In this document: positions 1 to 7,547 of the stretch, piece by piece
Layout: the number at the start of each line of letters is the position of its first letter
How positions within the stretch are numbered: position 1 is the stretch's first letter
Origin: Fimbriimonadales bacterium
GTDB lineage: Bacteria > Armatimonadota > Fimbriimonadia > Fimbriimonadales > JABRVX01
Length of the DNA stretch: 16,690 bases
Reading direction: 5' to 3'
NCBI GenBank assembly: GCA_045862955.1
Contig: BTVI01000055.1
Span: forward strand, 1 to 16,690
Notes under the pieces: model-generated
What the model saw: only the letters and a program-made list of their open reading frames with translations
Told to the model about the DNA's origin: nothing
Database searches by the model: none
Translations under genes and position numbers: made by a program

Positions 1-1
1 C

Positions 2-47
2 CGTCATGCTGAGCCTCTACGTCATGCTGAGCCTGTCGAAGCATGAC
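2..47. repeat. REP-like palindromic element with a tandem partial duplicate
   Basis: cgtcatgctgagcct occurs at 2-16 and 20-34 (15-bp direct repeat, period 18). 21-47 reads gtcatgct-gagcctgtcga-agcatgac, an 8-bp inverted repeat (21-28/40-47). The GTCATGCTGAGCxTGTCGAAGCA type resembles, from memory, a widespread extragenic bacterial palindrome. Confidence 0.7.
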
Positions 48-180
48 CCCGCAGCCGCCCCCGACCCTGCCCCGGCGCGGTCCTTAGGTCCCAGGCAAGC
101 CGTCGGTAGCTGCTAGTCGGCGGACGCGGGCCGGGGCATAGGGGCTTACCCGAGGAACCTGCGGCGGCATGACGCTTCGA
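36..180. other. Long imperfect hairpin (REPIN/MITE-like element or structured RNA)
   Basis: Nested complementary segments: tcgaagc 36-42/gcttcga 174-180; ccgcag 49-54/ctgcgg 159-164; tgccccggc 68-76/gccggggca 130-138; gtcc 80-83/ggac 122-125; gccg 99-102/cggc 118-121. Confidence 0.5.
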
Positions 181-228
181 ATGATGGAGCGCCCCTGCCT
201 TATGACCCACCGACCAGATGCGGTCGGG

Positions 229-234
229 CATAAT
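229..234 (+). promoter_or_regulatory. Putative -10 element (CATAAT) of a leaderless wza transcript
   Basis: CATAAT ends 6 nt before ATG 241; no Shine-Dalgarno in between; no clear -35. Confidence 0.45.
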
Positions 235-240
235 CGAGAC

Positions 241-1635
241 ATGAAGTACGTCTGTGCATTGGCGACACTTCTCTGCATCGCGTGCGGCCTCGGTTGGGCG
301 GATGGAGACGCCTACCGGCTCCGGGTGGGTGACTCGCTCACAGTCCGTTACCTCTTCTGCCCCGAGGGGCAAGAGCAGAAGGACCCGCCCGAGATGCGCC
401 TGACGATTCCCCCCGGTGGCGTGCTTACGCTTCCGCACGTCGGGCAGGTGCAAGCCGAGGGGCGGCCTGTGTTGGAGGTTCAGAACGACGTCGGGGAGCG
501 ACTTCGGCGTCTCTTCCCCCTCGGGCAGTGCACGATCTTGCTGACCGGCATCCGACCATCGTACTACTCGATCATCGGCGAGGTAAAGCAAGGCGGGCAG
601 TTCGAGTTGCCGCCGGGTCTCACCCTGCGTGAAGCCGTCGCGCAGGCGGGTGGGACGCTGCGGCGTCCAGAGTTACTGTTGGCAAGTGTGTATCGCGAGG
701 GCAGACTGTACAAGGAGTTCGATCTGTTCTCCATCGGAACCGGCGACGACGCCGTGGCACGCGAACTGATCCAGCCTGGCGACGTGGTGAGTATTCAAAC
801 CAAGCGCCAAGTGCGCGTCTGGCTATCGGGTCAGTTCCAGCAGCCGGGTGAGCGGGCGGTCGAGCAGGGTACGACGTTGCGTCAAGCACTTGCGGATATG
901 GTTCCCGCGAAGAGCGATCGGCCCGAGCGGCTCGTCGTCACCGTCACCAGGCACGGCGCCGAAGTGCTTCGGACGACGCTCTACGATGTGCAGACCGGTC
1001 GCACCCCCGAGTTCCCCGTTCAAGATGGCGATTTCGTGGCGATGGCTCCCGAGGAGACCAACCGCGTGTGGGTGTTCGGCCCGGTCGAGCAGCCCGGGCA
1101 GTACGACCTGCCCGTGGGCTCTACGCTAGTGCAGGCGCTGTCGGTGGCTGGGGGGGCCAAACCGGAAGCTTCGCTCCGCGATATCCGGATTCTCCGCGGC
1201 AAAGAGACTCTACGGGCCGACCTGCGCGATCCCAGGCAGATGGAACAAGCGCCGCTGACGATGGTGGAAGGTGATATCGTGGTGGTCCGCGAAAACACTA
1301 GGCGCTTTGCCGTTGTCGGCGAGGTTCGTCAGCCCGGCCTCTTCGTCATGCGCGACGATACGGAGACACGATTGTCCGATGCCCTCGCCTTGGCGGGTGG
1401 ACTAACTAAGAGAGGTCCGGCAGGGCGGATTACGCTGATTCGCGTGTCTTCCGACGGCACCGTCTCCAGAATCCCGGTAGACTTCTCGAAGTACCTCAAG
1501 AGCGCAGATGCGTCATCGAATCCGCTGATCGTAGCTGGCGACATTGTAGTGGCTGGGGAGACCCCGCGAATCGAGCTGGCTGACGTCGCGGGTGCGGTAC
1601 TCGGCGTAGTGGGCTTATGGGGCCTAGTCCGATAA
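241..1635 (+). CDS. wza: Polysaccharide export protein, Wza/Poly_export domain plus four SLBB repeats (464 aa)
   Basis: Signal-peptide-like start MKYVCALATLLCIACGLGWA (hence ATG 241, not 169); Poly_export YRLRVGDSLTV...GGVLTLPHVGQVQAEG; SLBB repeats IIGEVKQGGQFEL..TLREAVAQAGG, LSGQFQQPG..TLRQAL, VFGPVEQPGQYDL..TLVQALSVAGG, VVGEVRQPG..LSDALALAGG; hydrophobic C-terminal helix; TAA TAA stop. Confidence 0.88.
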   Translation: MKYVCALATLLCIACGLGWADGDAYRLRVGDSLTVRYLFCPEGQEQKDPPEMRLTIPPGGVLTLPHVGQVQAEGRPVLEVQNDVGERLRRLFPLGQCTILLTGIRPSYYSIIGEVKQGGQFELPPGLTLREAVAQAGGTLRRPELLLASVYREGRLYKEFDLFSIGTGDDAVARELIQPGDVVSIQTKRQVRVWLSGQFQQPGERAVEQGTTLRQALADMVPAKSDRPERLVVTVTRHGAEVLRTTLYDVQTGRTPEFPVQDGDFVAMAPEETNRVWVFGPVEQPGQYDLPVGSTLVQALSVAGGAKPEASLRDIRILRGKETLRADLRDPRQMEQAPLTMVEGDIVVVRENTRRFAVVGEVRQPGLFVMRDDTETRLSDALALAGGLTKRGPAGRITLIRVSSDGTVSRIPVDFSKYLKSADASSNPLIVAGDIVVAGETPRIELADVAGAVLGVVGLWGLVR

Positions 1636-1687
1636 TAATCTGAAGCGGTTGGCATGTCATAGCCGATCCGCAGAGATGGGTGAATGC

Positions 1688-3316
1688 ATGGAACGGCAGG
1701 AGAGTAGAAGGACCTACGACTCCCGCGGCGCGACCCGCCGCGGTATCGCCTCCCGTCTGCGATCGATCTTCACGCTCGAGCGAGTGGCGCGCATGGGTGC
1801 GGACCTCGCGATGCTCTGGGCATCACTGCTCGTCTCGTTGCTGCTGTGGCCATACGCTCGCACAACCGACCCGGCTGTCGAACTCCCCCTTCGGCCTTGG
1901 GACTTCGCGTCCGCGTTCGTTGCACTCGGGGTACTGGGGCTTCTCACCTTCTATCTCAGCGGCTTCTACACGCGAGGCCGAGCATATCGCAGCCGGTACA
2001 AGGTGCTGATCGTCTCGCAAGCGGTCTCTCTTGCTTACTTAGAGCTCAGCGGCCTATGTCTGTTCTTCCCGCAGATCGTGACCGCGCCGCGCGCAGCGAT
2101 CCTGTTGTCCTGGGCCATCTCGCTTGCGCTGCTCGTTGCGGCTCGGCTCTGGGCGGCTGTGTGGGCGCGCGTGGTGCTCTCGGAGAGATCGCGGGAGGGA
2201 GAGGAAACGCCGCCCCCCAGCAAGCACGTGCTGCTCATCGGGGGTGCGGGTTACATCGGCTCCGCCTTGCTGCCGAAGCTGCTGGACAAGGGCTATCGCG
2301 TTCGTCTCATGGACCTTTTCATTTACGGCGAAGAGTCCATCGCCAAGGTGCGCGAACACCCCAACCTCGAGATCGTGCGCGCCGACTTCCGTCAGGTGGA
2401 CAAAGTCGTGTGGGCGATGAGGGACGTGGACGCCGTGATCCACCTCGGCGCCATCGTGGGCGATCCTGCGTGCGAGCTGGACGAAGGCTGCACCATCCAA
2501 GTGAACCTCACCGCCACCCGACTCATCGCTGAGGTGGCCAAAGGGCATGGCGTCGGGCGATTCATCTTCGCTAGCACCTGCTCGGTATATGGCGCATCGG
2601 ACGAGTTGCTCGACGAGCGCTCTACGTTGCACCCATTGTCGCTCTACGCCCGCAGCAAAATGGCGTCGGAGCAGGTGCTGCTGAGCATGGCAACCGAGTT
2701 CTTCCACCCGGTTATTCTGCGCTTCGGCACCATCTTCGGCATGAGCGGGCGCACACGTTTCGACCTGGTAGCCAACCTATTGACAGCTAAAGCGGTGGTG
2801 GATGGAAAGATCACCGTCTACGGAAGCGACCAGTGGAGACCCTTCCTGCACGTGGACGACGCCGCGCGTTCGTTGCTCCTGGCACTGGAGGCGCCGCTCG
2901 ACCTGGTGCGCTGCGAGGTCTTCAACGTTGGCTGCAATTCCCAGAACTACACGCTCGGGCAGCTCGGCGCGGTCATCAACGATCTCGTTCCGACAGCCGA
3001 GCTGGTGAGCAGCCCTTCGGACCCGAAGGACCGTCGTAACTATCGGGTGGACTTCTGCAAAATCCGGGAGCGTCTCGGCTTCGAGACGCGCTGGAGCCTC
3101 GAGGACGGCATTCGCCAGGTGATCCATGTGCTCCGCAGCGGGCAAGTGAAAGATTACCGCGACGCTCAGCACAGCAACGTGAAGTTTCTCTCCGAGGAGT
3201 TCGGACTGGAAGTCCTGAAGTCGCACGACGGCTGGGAGACCGACATCCTGGGCACGCATGCCGTTGCTGAGGTAGCAACACCCCAGAACGCTCGGGCGCC
3301 GCTCGGGTTGGACTGA
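1688..3316 (+). CDS. NAD-dependent extended SDR (nucleotide-sugar epimerase/dehydrogenase) fused to an N-terminal ~4-TM domain (~542 aa)
   Basis: SDR begins about 2222: GGAGYIG, FASTCSVYG, YARSK (YxxxK), RFGTIFGMSGRTRFDLVAN, WRPFLHVDD. The N-terminal ~165 aa has four hydrophobic segments with the D..l...a..l / GFY...Y / PRAAILLSW...R pattern of PglF/CapD and WbaP/WcaJ N-termini. Start uncertain (ATG 1676 or 1688). Confidence 0.88.
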   Translation: MERQESRRTYDSRGATRRGIASRLRSIFTLERVARMGADLAMLWASLLVSLLLWPYARTTDPAVELPLRPWDFASAFVALGVLGLLTFYLSGFYTRGRAYRSRYKVLIVSQAVSLAYLELSGLCLFFPQIVTAPRAAILLSWAISLALLVAARLWAAVWARVVLSERSREGEETPPPSKHVLLIGGAGYIGSALLPKLLDKGYRVRLMDLFIYGEESIAKVREHPNLEIVRADFRQVDKVVWAMRDVDAVIHLGAIVGDPACELDEGCTIQVNLTATRLIAEVAKGHGVGRFIFASTCSVYGASDELLDERSTLHPLSLYARSKMASEQVLLSMATEFFHPVILRFGTIFGMSGRTRFDLVANLLTAKAVVDGKITVYGSDQWRPFLHVDDAARSLLLALEAPLDLVRCEVFNVGCNSQNYTLGQLGAVINDLVPTAELVSSPSDPKDRRNYRVDFCKIRERLGFETRWSLEDGIRQVIHVLRSGQVKDYRDAQHSNVKFLSEEFGLEVLKSHDGWETDILGTHAVAEVATPQNARAPLGLD

Positions 3317-3335
3317 GAGCCCGGTCGGAGCCGCG

Positions 3336-3344
3336 TGATATACT
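3336..3344 (+). promoter_or_regulatory. Extended -10 promoter element TG-a-TATACT (internal promoter)
   Basis: Close match to TGnTATAAT in the only sizeable intergenic gap of the cluster (3317-3413), AT-rich against a GC-rich background; followed by SD GGAGGA 3399-3404 and ATG 3414. Confidence 0.65.
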
Positions 3345-3413
3345 GGGTTCGCCCGGCCCCGAGTTCACCCACGCGACGCAGACGGGGCGAAAGGGAACGG
3401 AGGACCTCAGCGC

Positions 3414-4742
3414 ATGAGCATGGAAGCGCCATCGCCGCAACCCACTTACGCCGAGGACGAGCTACTCGGCGCACTCGGTCGGTTGTGGCGCGCGAAGTGG
3501 CTAATCCTGATCCTTGCAGTGCTGGGGGGTGCGCTCACGCTTCTGGTGGTTTACCTTCTGCCACCCGTGTGGAAAGCGAAGGCGACCGTGATGCTCCCGC
3601 TTCGCTCCCCATCGCCCCTCGTCATGACACCCGGAATGGTGGATACAAGTGCGGTTGGTAGCGTGCTCGGAGGGCCGTCCCCCCTGCGCATGCTGGCAGC
3701 CATGCTGGAGAGCGAGACGGTGTTGCAAGAGGTTACGAAGGCGACCGGCCTGACCCGGAAGAAGCTGCTTAGCATCCGCGACGTAGACGATCGCGAGACG
3801 GGCAACACCATCACCGTCTCCGTCCGGCACCGCGACCGTGAACTGGCGCTGAAGGCCGTACGGACGCACATCGAGGCACTACGTAAGCTGACGGTTCGGC
3901 TCAATGTGCCGCCAGTCACCTCGGACGCAGACACCTTGCAACGGGCGTTGGACGAGAAGTCGAAGGAACTGGCCGAGGCCGAGGAACGTCTGGAGAAGTT
4001 CCAGTCTTCGGTACAGACCGCACCCATCGTCGCCACGCCGGACCAAGCGGGTGGCTCCGCGGTCGTGCTCCCCGCCGCGTGGCTGAACCAGCTCACCGAC
4101 GCACAGGTCGAGCTGACTCGGATGAACGCGGTGATTGATAAGCATCTGCGTCGCATCGAACAGCAGTCCGGCAAGGCCGTGGAGTTTCCGACGGACATCG
4201 CGGCCGCCAAGCCGTGGAGAGAACGGCTCATCGGGCTGGAGTATGAGCTTCGCATGGCGCTGGTGTCGTCAGCGCCCGACTCGCCGCACATCAAACGAAT
4301 CCAGGAACAGATCGGCATAACGAAAGCCGAGATTGGCGCTCAGGTGAGCAAGTACCTTCAAGCGCTGCGGGACGACCTGCTCGACCCCGCGACCGACCTG
4401 AAGGGGGAGGGGCTGGCAGACTCGGTTGCAGCGCGGGTCGGCCTCGAAGCGCGCATCGAGGCCCTCCGCCGCCTCGTGGACCTCGCACCGAAAGAGGCGA
4501 AGGAATACCAGAGGCTGCTTCGCGAAGTCACCACTCTCAGCACCATCGTTCAACAGCTGCGCACCAATCTCGAGATTGCGCGGCTCCAGGTGGAGCGGGA
4601 TCCCATCCGCTGGCAGGTGGTGGACGAACCCGGCATCTACGACCAACCCGTCAACAAGCGATTCGCGTTCTACCCCGCTCTCGGCGCACTGGGCGGCGCA
4701 CTGCTCGGGTGCATGATCGGCCTTGCACGGTCCCGGAGGTAG
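3414..4742 (+). CDS. Polysaccharide co-polymerase / chain-length determinant, Wzz/GumC-like, no kinase domain (442 aa)
   Basis: LWRAKWLIL+TM1 then PPVWKAKATVMLP, long coiled-coil region, C-terminal WQVVDEP..P..K and Gly-rich TM2 (ALGALGGALLGCMIGL). SD GGAGGA upstream. Confidence 0.85.
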   Translation: MSMEAPSPQPTYAEDELLGALGRLWRAKWLILILAVLGGALTLLVVYLLPPVWKAKATVMLPLRSPSPLVMTPGMVDTSAVGSVLGGPSPLRMLAAMLESETVLQEVTKATGLTRKKLLSIRDVDDRETGNTITVSVRHRDRELALKAVRTHIEALRKLTVRLNVPPVTSDADTLQRALDEKSKELAEAEERLEKFQSSVQTAPIVATPDQAGGSAVVLPAAWLNQLTDAQVELTRMNAVIDKHLRRIEQQSGKAVEFPTDIAAAKPWRERLIGLEYELRMALVSSAPDSPHIKRIQEQIGITKAEIGAQVSKYLQALRDDLLDPATDLKGEGLADSVAARVGLEARIEALRRLVDLAPKEAKEYQRLLREVTTLSTIVQQLRTNLEIARLQVERDPIRWQVVDEPGIYDQPVNKRFAFYPALGALGGALLGCMIGLARSRR

Positions 4743-6264
4743 AAGGAAAGCCGCTGCGGCGGTGATGCTCGGTTCGACGTCGAGCGGCGTGCTCGGCGCG
4801 CTGCAGACGCTGATCCTGATGCCCCTCTATCTGCGCGAGATTGGTCCCGGTCTGTACGGCGCATGGTCCGGCTCCGGCGACCTGCTCGTCTGGCTGCAGA
4901 CCTTCGACTTCGGCATTCCCAACATCATGATCCAGCGCATCGGAGCCGCGCATGGCAGAGGCGACCAGGCCTCCATCGGGGCGTACCTGTGCTCTGGGAT
5001 AGCGATGGTGGCAGTAGTAGCGGCAGCGGCACTGGCGGCCGCGTTCGCCATCCATGCGTGGGTCCCCGTCTGGATGGGAGCCCGCGGGGAGGCCGCACGG
5101 ACCCTGTCCGCTTGCTTTCTGATCGGTGCGACGGCGGCCGTGATGAACATCCTGAGCCATGGGATACACGGCCTGGCGAAGGGGATTCAGCAGACTGCGT
5201 TCGTGAACGCCGCATTGGTGGTCGCTACCGTGGCGGGCTTCGGCGTTACGGCCGGACTGCTGGTCGGCGGCTGGGGGCTCTACTCGATCGCATGGGGTGC
5301 GGCAGCTCGTGCGGGAATCGCCTTGGCGGCCAATCTGTGGTTCGCCCTTTCCGTACTGAATCGCGGTCTGTGGAGCCATTTTCGGCTGCGTGGGCACCTG
5401 GTCCGCGAGATGGCGGTTCTCTCTCCGCCCGTGCTACTGGCCGGGGTGAGCTACGGCGTGATGAATAATAGCCAAGCAGCCATCGCCGCCATGACACTCG
5501 GTCCGGGTGCGGCCACGGTGCTGACCGTGACGCGGCGTGCCATGGACCTCGCGCGGTATTTCAGCGACGTCGTGGCATACGCAGCCTACGGTGGCTTCGC
5601 TAGCCTGTTCGGGGGCGAGGAAGGCCGAAGCCGTGCAATGCATGTACGGGCGGAGGTGGTCGCGGTATACATGACCATCGCAGTGGCCCTCGGAACGGCA
5701 TGCATGGCAGTGAACCCGAGTTTCGTAACGGTGTGGGTGGGTGCGGAGCAGTTCGGTGGTTCCGCGCTGACCGTTGCTCTGGCGACAGGCCTGCTAGTGT
5801 CCGGATGGTCCTTCCTTAGCAACTATCTGTATCGCGCAACGGGCAAGCAGGCCGAGGGCGCCTGGCTGCTGGTGGGTGAAGCGCTGGTGCGAGTGCCGTT
5901 GATGGCGATTCTTGCCCGTGCGTTCGGGTTGACCGGCCTAGCGGCGGCATCCATCGGCACCGCTGCGGTCTCCGGCTGGCTCGCCTACCGCGGCACCCTT
6001 GCAGCCTCCCTCTCCGCGCCTCAAAAAGAGGGCCGCGGTGAAGGGCCGCCCGGGCGTACGAGGTTGCTGAGCATCTACGGCGCGCTGTGGGCGGCGGGAG
6101 CGTTGGCGTGCATGACCTTGGTAGTCCCGAACTGGCTCTTCGTAGGCACGCTCGGGCTCGGTGCGGCAGGTGGGTCGCTCTTGCTGCTACGCCAGGCCGA
6201 CCCTCTTCTCCAGCGCGTTCCCCTATTGGGCAAGGCCGCCCCAGCGCAAGAGGTGCATCCGTGA
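4723..6264 (+). CDS. wzx: Wzx-type polysaccharide flippase (MOP superfamily, ~513 aa)
   Basis: About 12-14 hydrophobic segments; MPLYLREIGPGLYGAW...LQTFDFGI; NPSFVTVWVGAEQFGG; cluster context. Start is TTG 4723 (overlapping the upstream gene) or GTG/ATG 4762/4765. Confidence 0.85.
   Translation: MHGPGGRRKAAAAVMLGSTSSGVLGALQTLILMPLYLREIGPGLYGAWSGSGDLLVWLQTFDFGIPNIMIQRIGAAHGRGDQASIGAYLCSGIAMVAVVAAAALAAAFAIHAWVPVWMGARGEAARTLSACFLIGATAAVMNILSHGIHGLAKGIQQTAFVNAALVVATVAGFGVTAGLLVGGWGLYSIAWGAAARAGIALAANLWFALSVLNRGLWSHFRLRGHLVREMAVLSPPVLLAGVSYGVMNNSQAAIAAMTLGPGAATVLTVTRRAMDLARYFSDVVAYAAYGGFASLFGGEEGRSRAMHVRAEVVAVYMTIAVALGTACMAVNPSFVTVWVGAEQFGGSALTVALATGLLVSGWSFLSNYLYRATGKQAEGAWLLVGEALVRVPLMAILARAFGLTGLAAASIGTAAVSGWLAYRGTLAASLSAPQKEGRGEGPPGRTRLLSIYGALWAAGALACMTLVVPNWLFVGTLGLGAAGGSLLLLRQADPLLQRVPLLGKAAPAQEVHP
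6003..6046 (+). repeat. Degenerate in-frame copy of the palindromic element at 8254-8297
   Basis: Ungapped hand alignment with 8254-8297 gives 35/44 identities; same reading frame (ASLSAPQKEGRGEG vs ASLSPPRGEGWGEG). Confidence 0.65.
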
Positions 6265-7547
6265 AGGCCGCCCCCGCCTGGGCAAGAATGCTGCCCATCG
6301 TGGTGGTAGTAGCGTATCTCACGGGCACCGTCTTGCTTTTTGCGTTCGGTCCGTGGCCGTGGCGGGTCGAGAATGCCACCTACCTATACACGCTGGTCGC
6401 GTGCATTCACGTTGCGCTATTCGCAGGTTTCGTGCTCGGGATCGTGATTCGTCCAGGGACGTATCGAGCGCGTATTACCCCCCAATCGCTGGTACGTATC
6501 AGCGTGGTAGCTAACCTCGTGCTGTTACCGTTCGTATCGTACTCCCGCTCGGGATCGTGGCTGCCCGACGTAGTGCGTGGCTTGACCGACCCAGGGGGCG
6601 CGTACCAGGCATCGCTTCGACTCACCGAGGGTCAGGCAAGCATCGCCATGTACATGCGAATAGTAGTAGCGCCGCTTTTGTATCTGGCCATCCCTATCGG
6701 AATTTACTACTGGGGACGCATCGGGTGGACGCTGCGCGTCGGTGTGCTAGCGGTGATACTCTCTACAGTAGCCCTGATGGTTTCCATCGGCATGAGGGCA
6801 TACATCGCCGATATGCTCGTCTTTATTCCGTGGTTGCTGCTGGCCGCTCACATCTCGGGAGTGACGCGACGTAGCCGAGCGGCGTGGGCAGGCATGATCG
6901 GCTTGGGTGTCCTCGCGGGTGTCGCATTCTTCGCGTACTTCGCGCTGTCCAACGTGGCTCGTGCGGGCGGAAAGATCGTGGTTGCAGTGGAGCCCCTCTC
7001 CTATGAGCGGCCGGACGAGGGCAACGCGCTGTTAACGGCAGTGCCCAAGGAATGGCAACAGGGCGTGCTAAGCGCAACGCTCTACTTCGCGGGTGGCTAC
7101 TACGTCTTGGACCGGTGCCTCTCGAAGCCGTGGAAGCCCACGTATGGGCTCGGGCACTCGCGCTTTCTGGTGCGCAACGCGTCACGATTCTTGCGCTCCG
7201 AGGAGTTCGCTCGGCGCCCATACACCGCGCAGGTGGAGCGCGAAGACGGCATCAACGCGTGGATGTGGTTCTCCACCATCTACCCGTGGATCGCCTCGGA
7301 TGTTAGCTTTCCTGGAGTCGTGCCGGTCGTTTTCCTGATAGGTTGGGCCTTCGGGCTGGCTTGGTCGGATTGTCTTCGTGGAACGAACCCACTCGCGCCC
7401 GCGGCGCTATCCTTGCTGCTGATGGTAGTCTTCTGGTTCCCGGCCCTAAATCGCGTGCAAGACGGCGAAGCGATGGTGGCATTCTGGGTGATCCTCATCG
7501 CGTGGTTCTACACGCGACGGGCCGGACGTGCGGAGACGAGGGCGTGA
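6261..7547 (+). CDS. wzy: Probable Wzy polysaccharide polymerase (428 aa)
   Basis: GTG start overlaps the wzx TGA (GTGA); about 10-11 TM segments with two large loops; WFSTIYPWIASDVSFPG motif; lies between wzx and the GTs. Confidence 0.7.
   Translation: MKAAPAWARMLPIVVVVAYLTGTVLLFAFGPWPWRVENATYLYTLVACIHVALFAGFVLGIVIRPGTYRARITPQSLVRISVVANLVLLPFVSYSRSGSWLPDVVRGLTDPGGAYQASLRLTEGQASIAMYMRIVVAPLLYLAIPIGIYYWGRIGWTLRVGVLAVILSTVALMVSIGMRAYIADMLVFIPWLLLAAHISGVTRRSRAAWAGMIGLGVLAGVAFFAYFALSNVARAGGKIVVAVEPLSYERPDEGNALLTAVPKEWQQGVLSATLYFAGGYYVLDRCLSKPWKPTYGLGHSRFLVRNASRFLRSEEFARRPYTAQVEREDGINAWMWFSTIYPWIASDVSFPGVVPVVFLIGWAFGLAWSDCLRGTNPLAPAALSLLLMVVFWFPALNRVQDGEAMVAFWVILIAWFYTRRAGRAETRA

Noticed and set aside
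1..240. CRISPR array, tRNA or ops/JUMPstart element at the cluster start
   Set aside because: Only two short repeat units without spacers, no cloverleaf, and no GGCGGTAG-type ops motif seen.
1150..1156. G7 tract in wza as a phase-variation site
   Set aside because: Short, in frame, and encodes the conserved AGG of an SLBB repeat; expected at this GC content.
2177..2220. Purine-rich gggagggaga stretch in the TM-SDR linker, resembling the tail at 8415-8424
   Set aside because: Only about 10 nt match, low complexity, no full palindrome.
6087..6260. Upstream extensions given by the ORF track (also 169, 7343, 8902, 10717, 11879, 15782)
   Set aside because: Most overlap the upstream gene; stop/start coupling, SD sites or family N-termini indicate the later starts.
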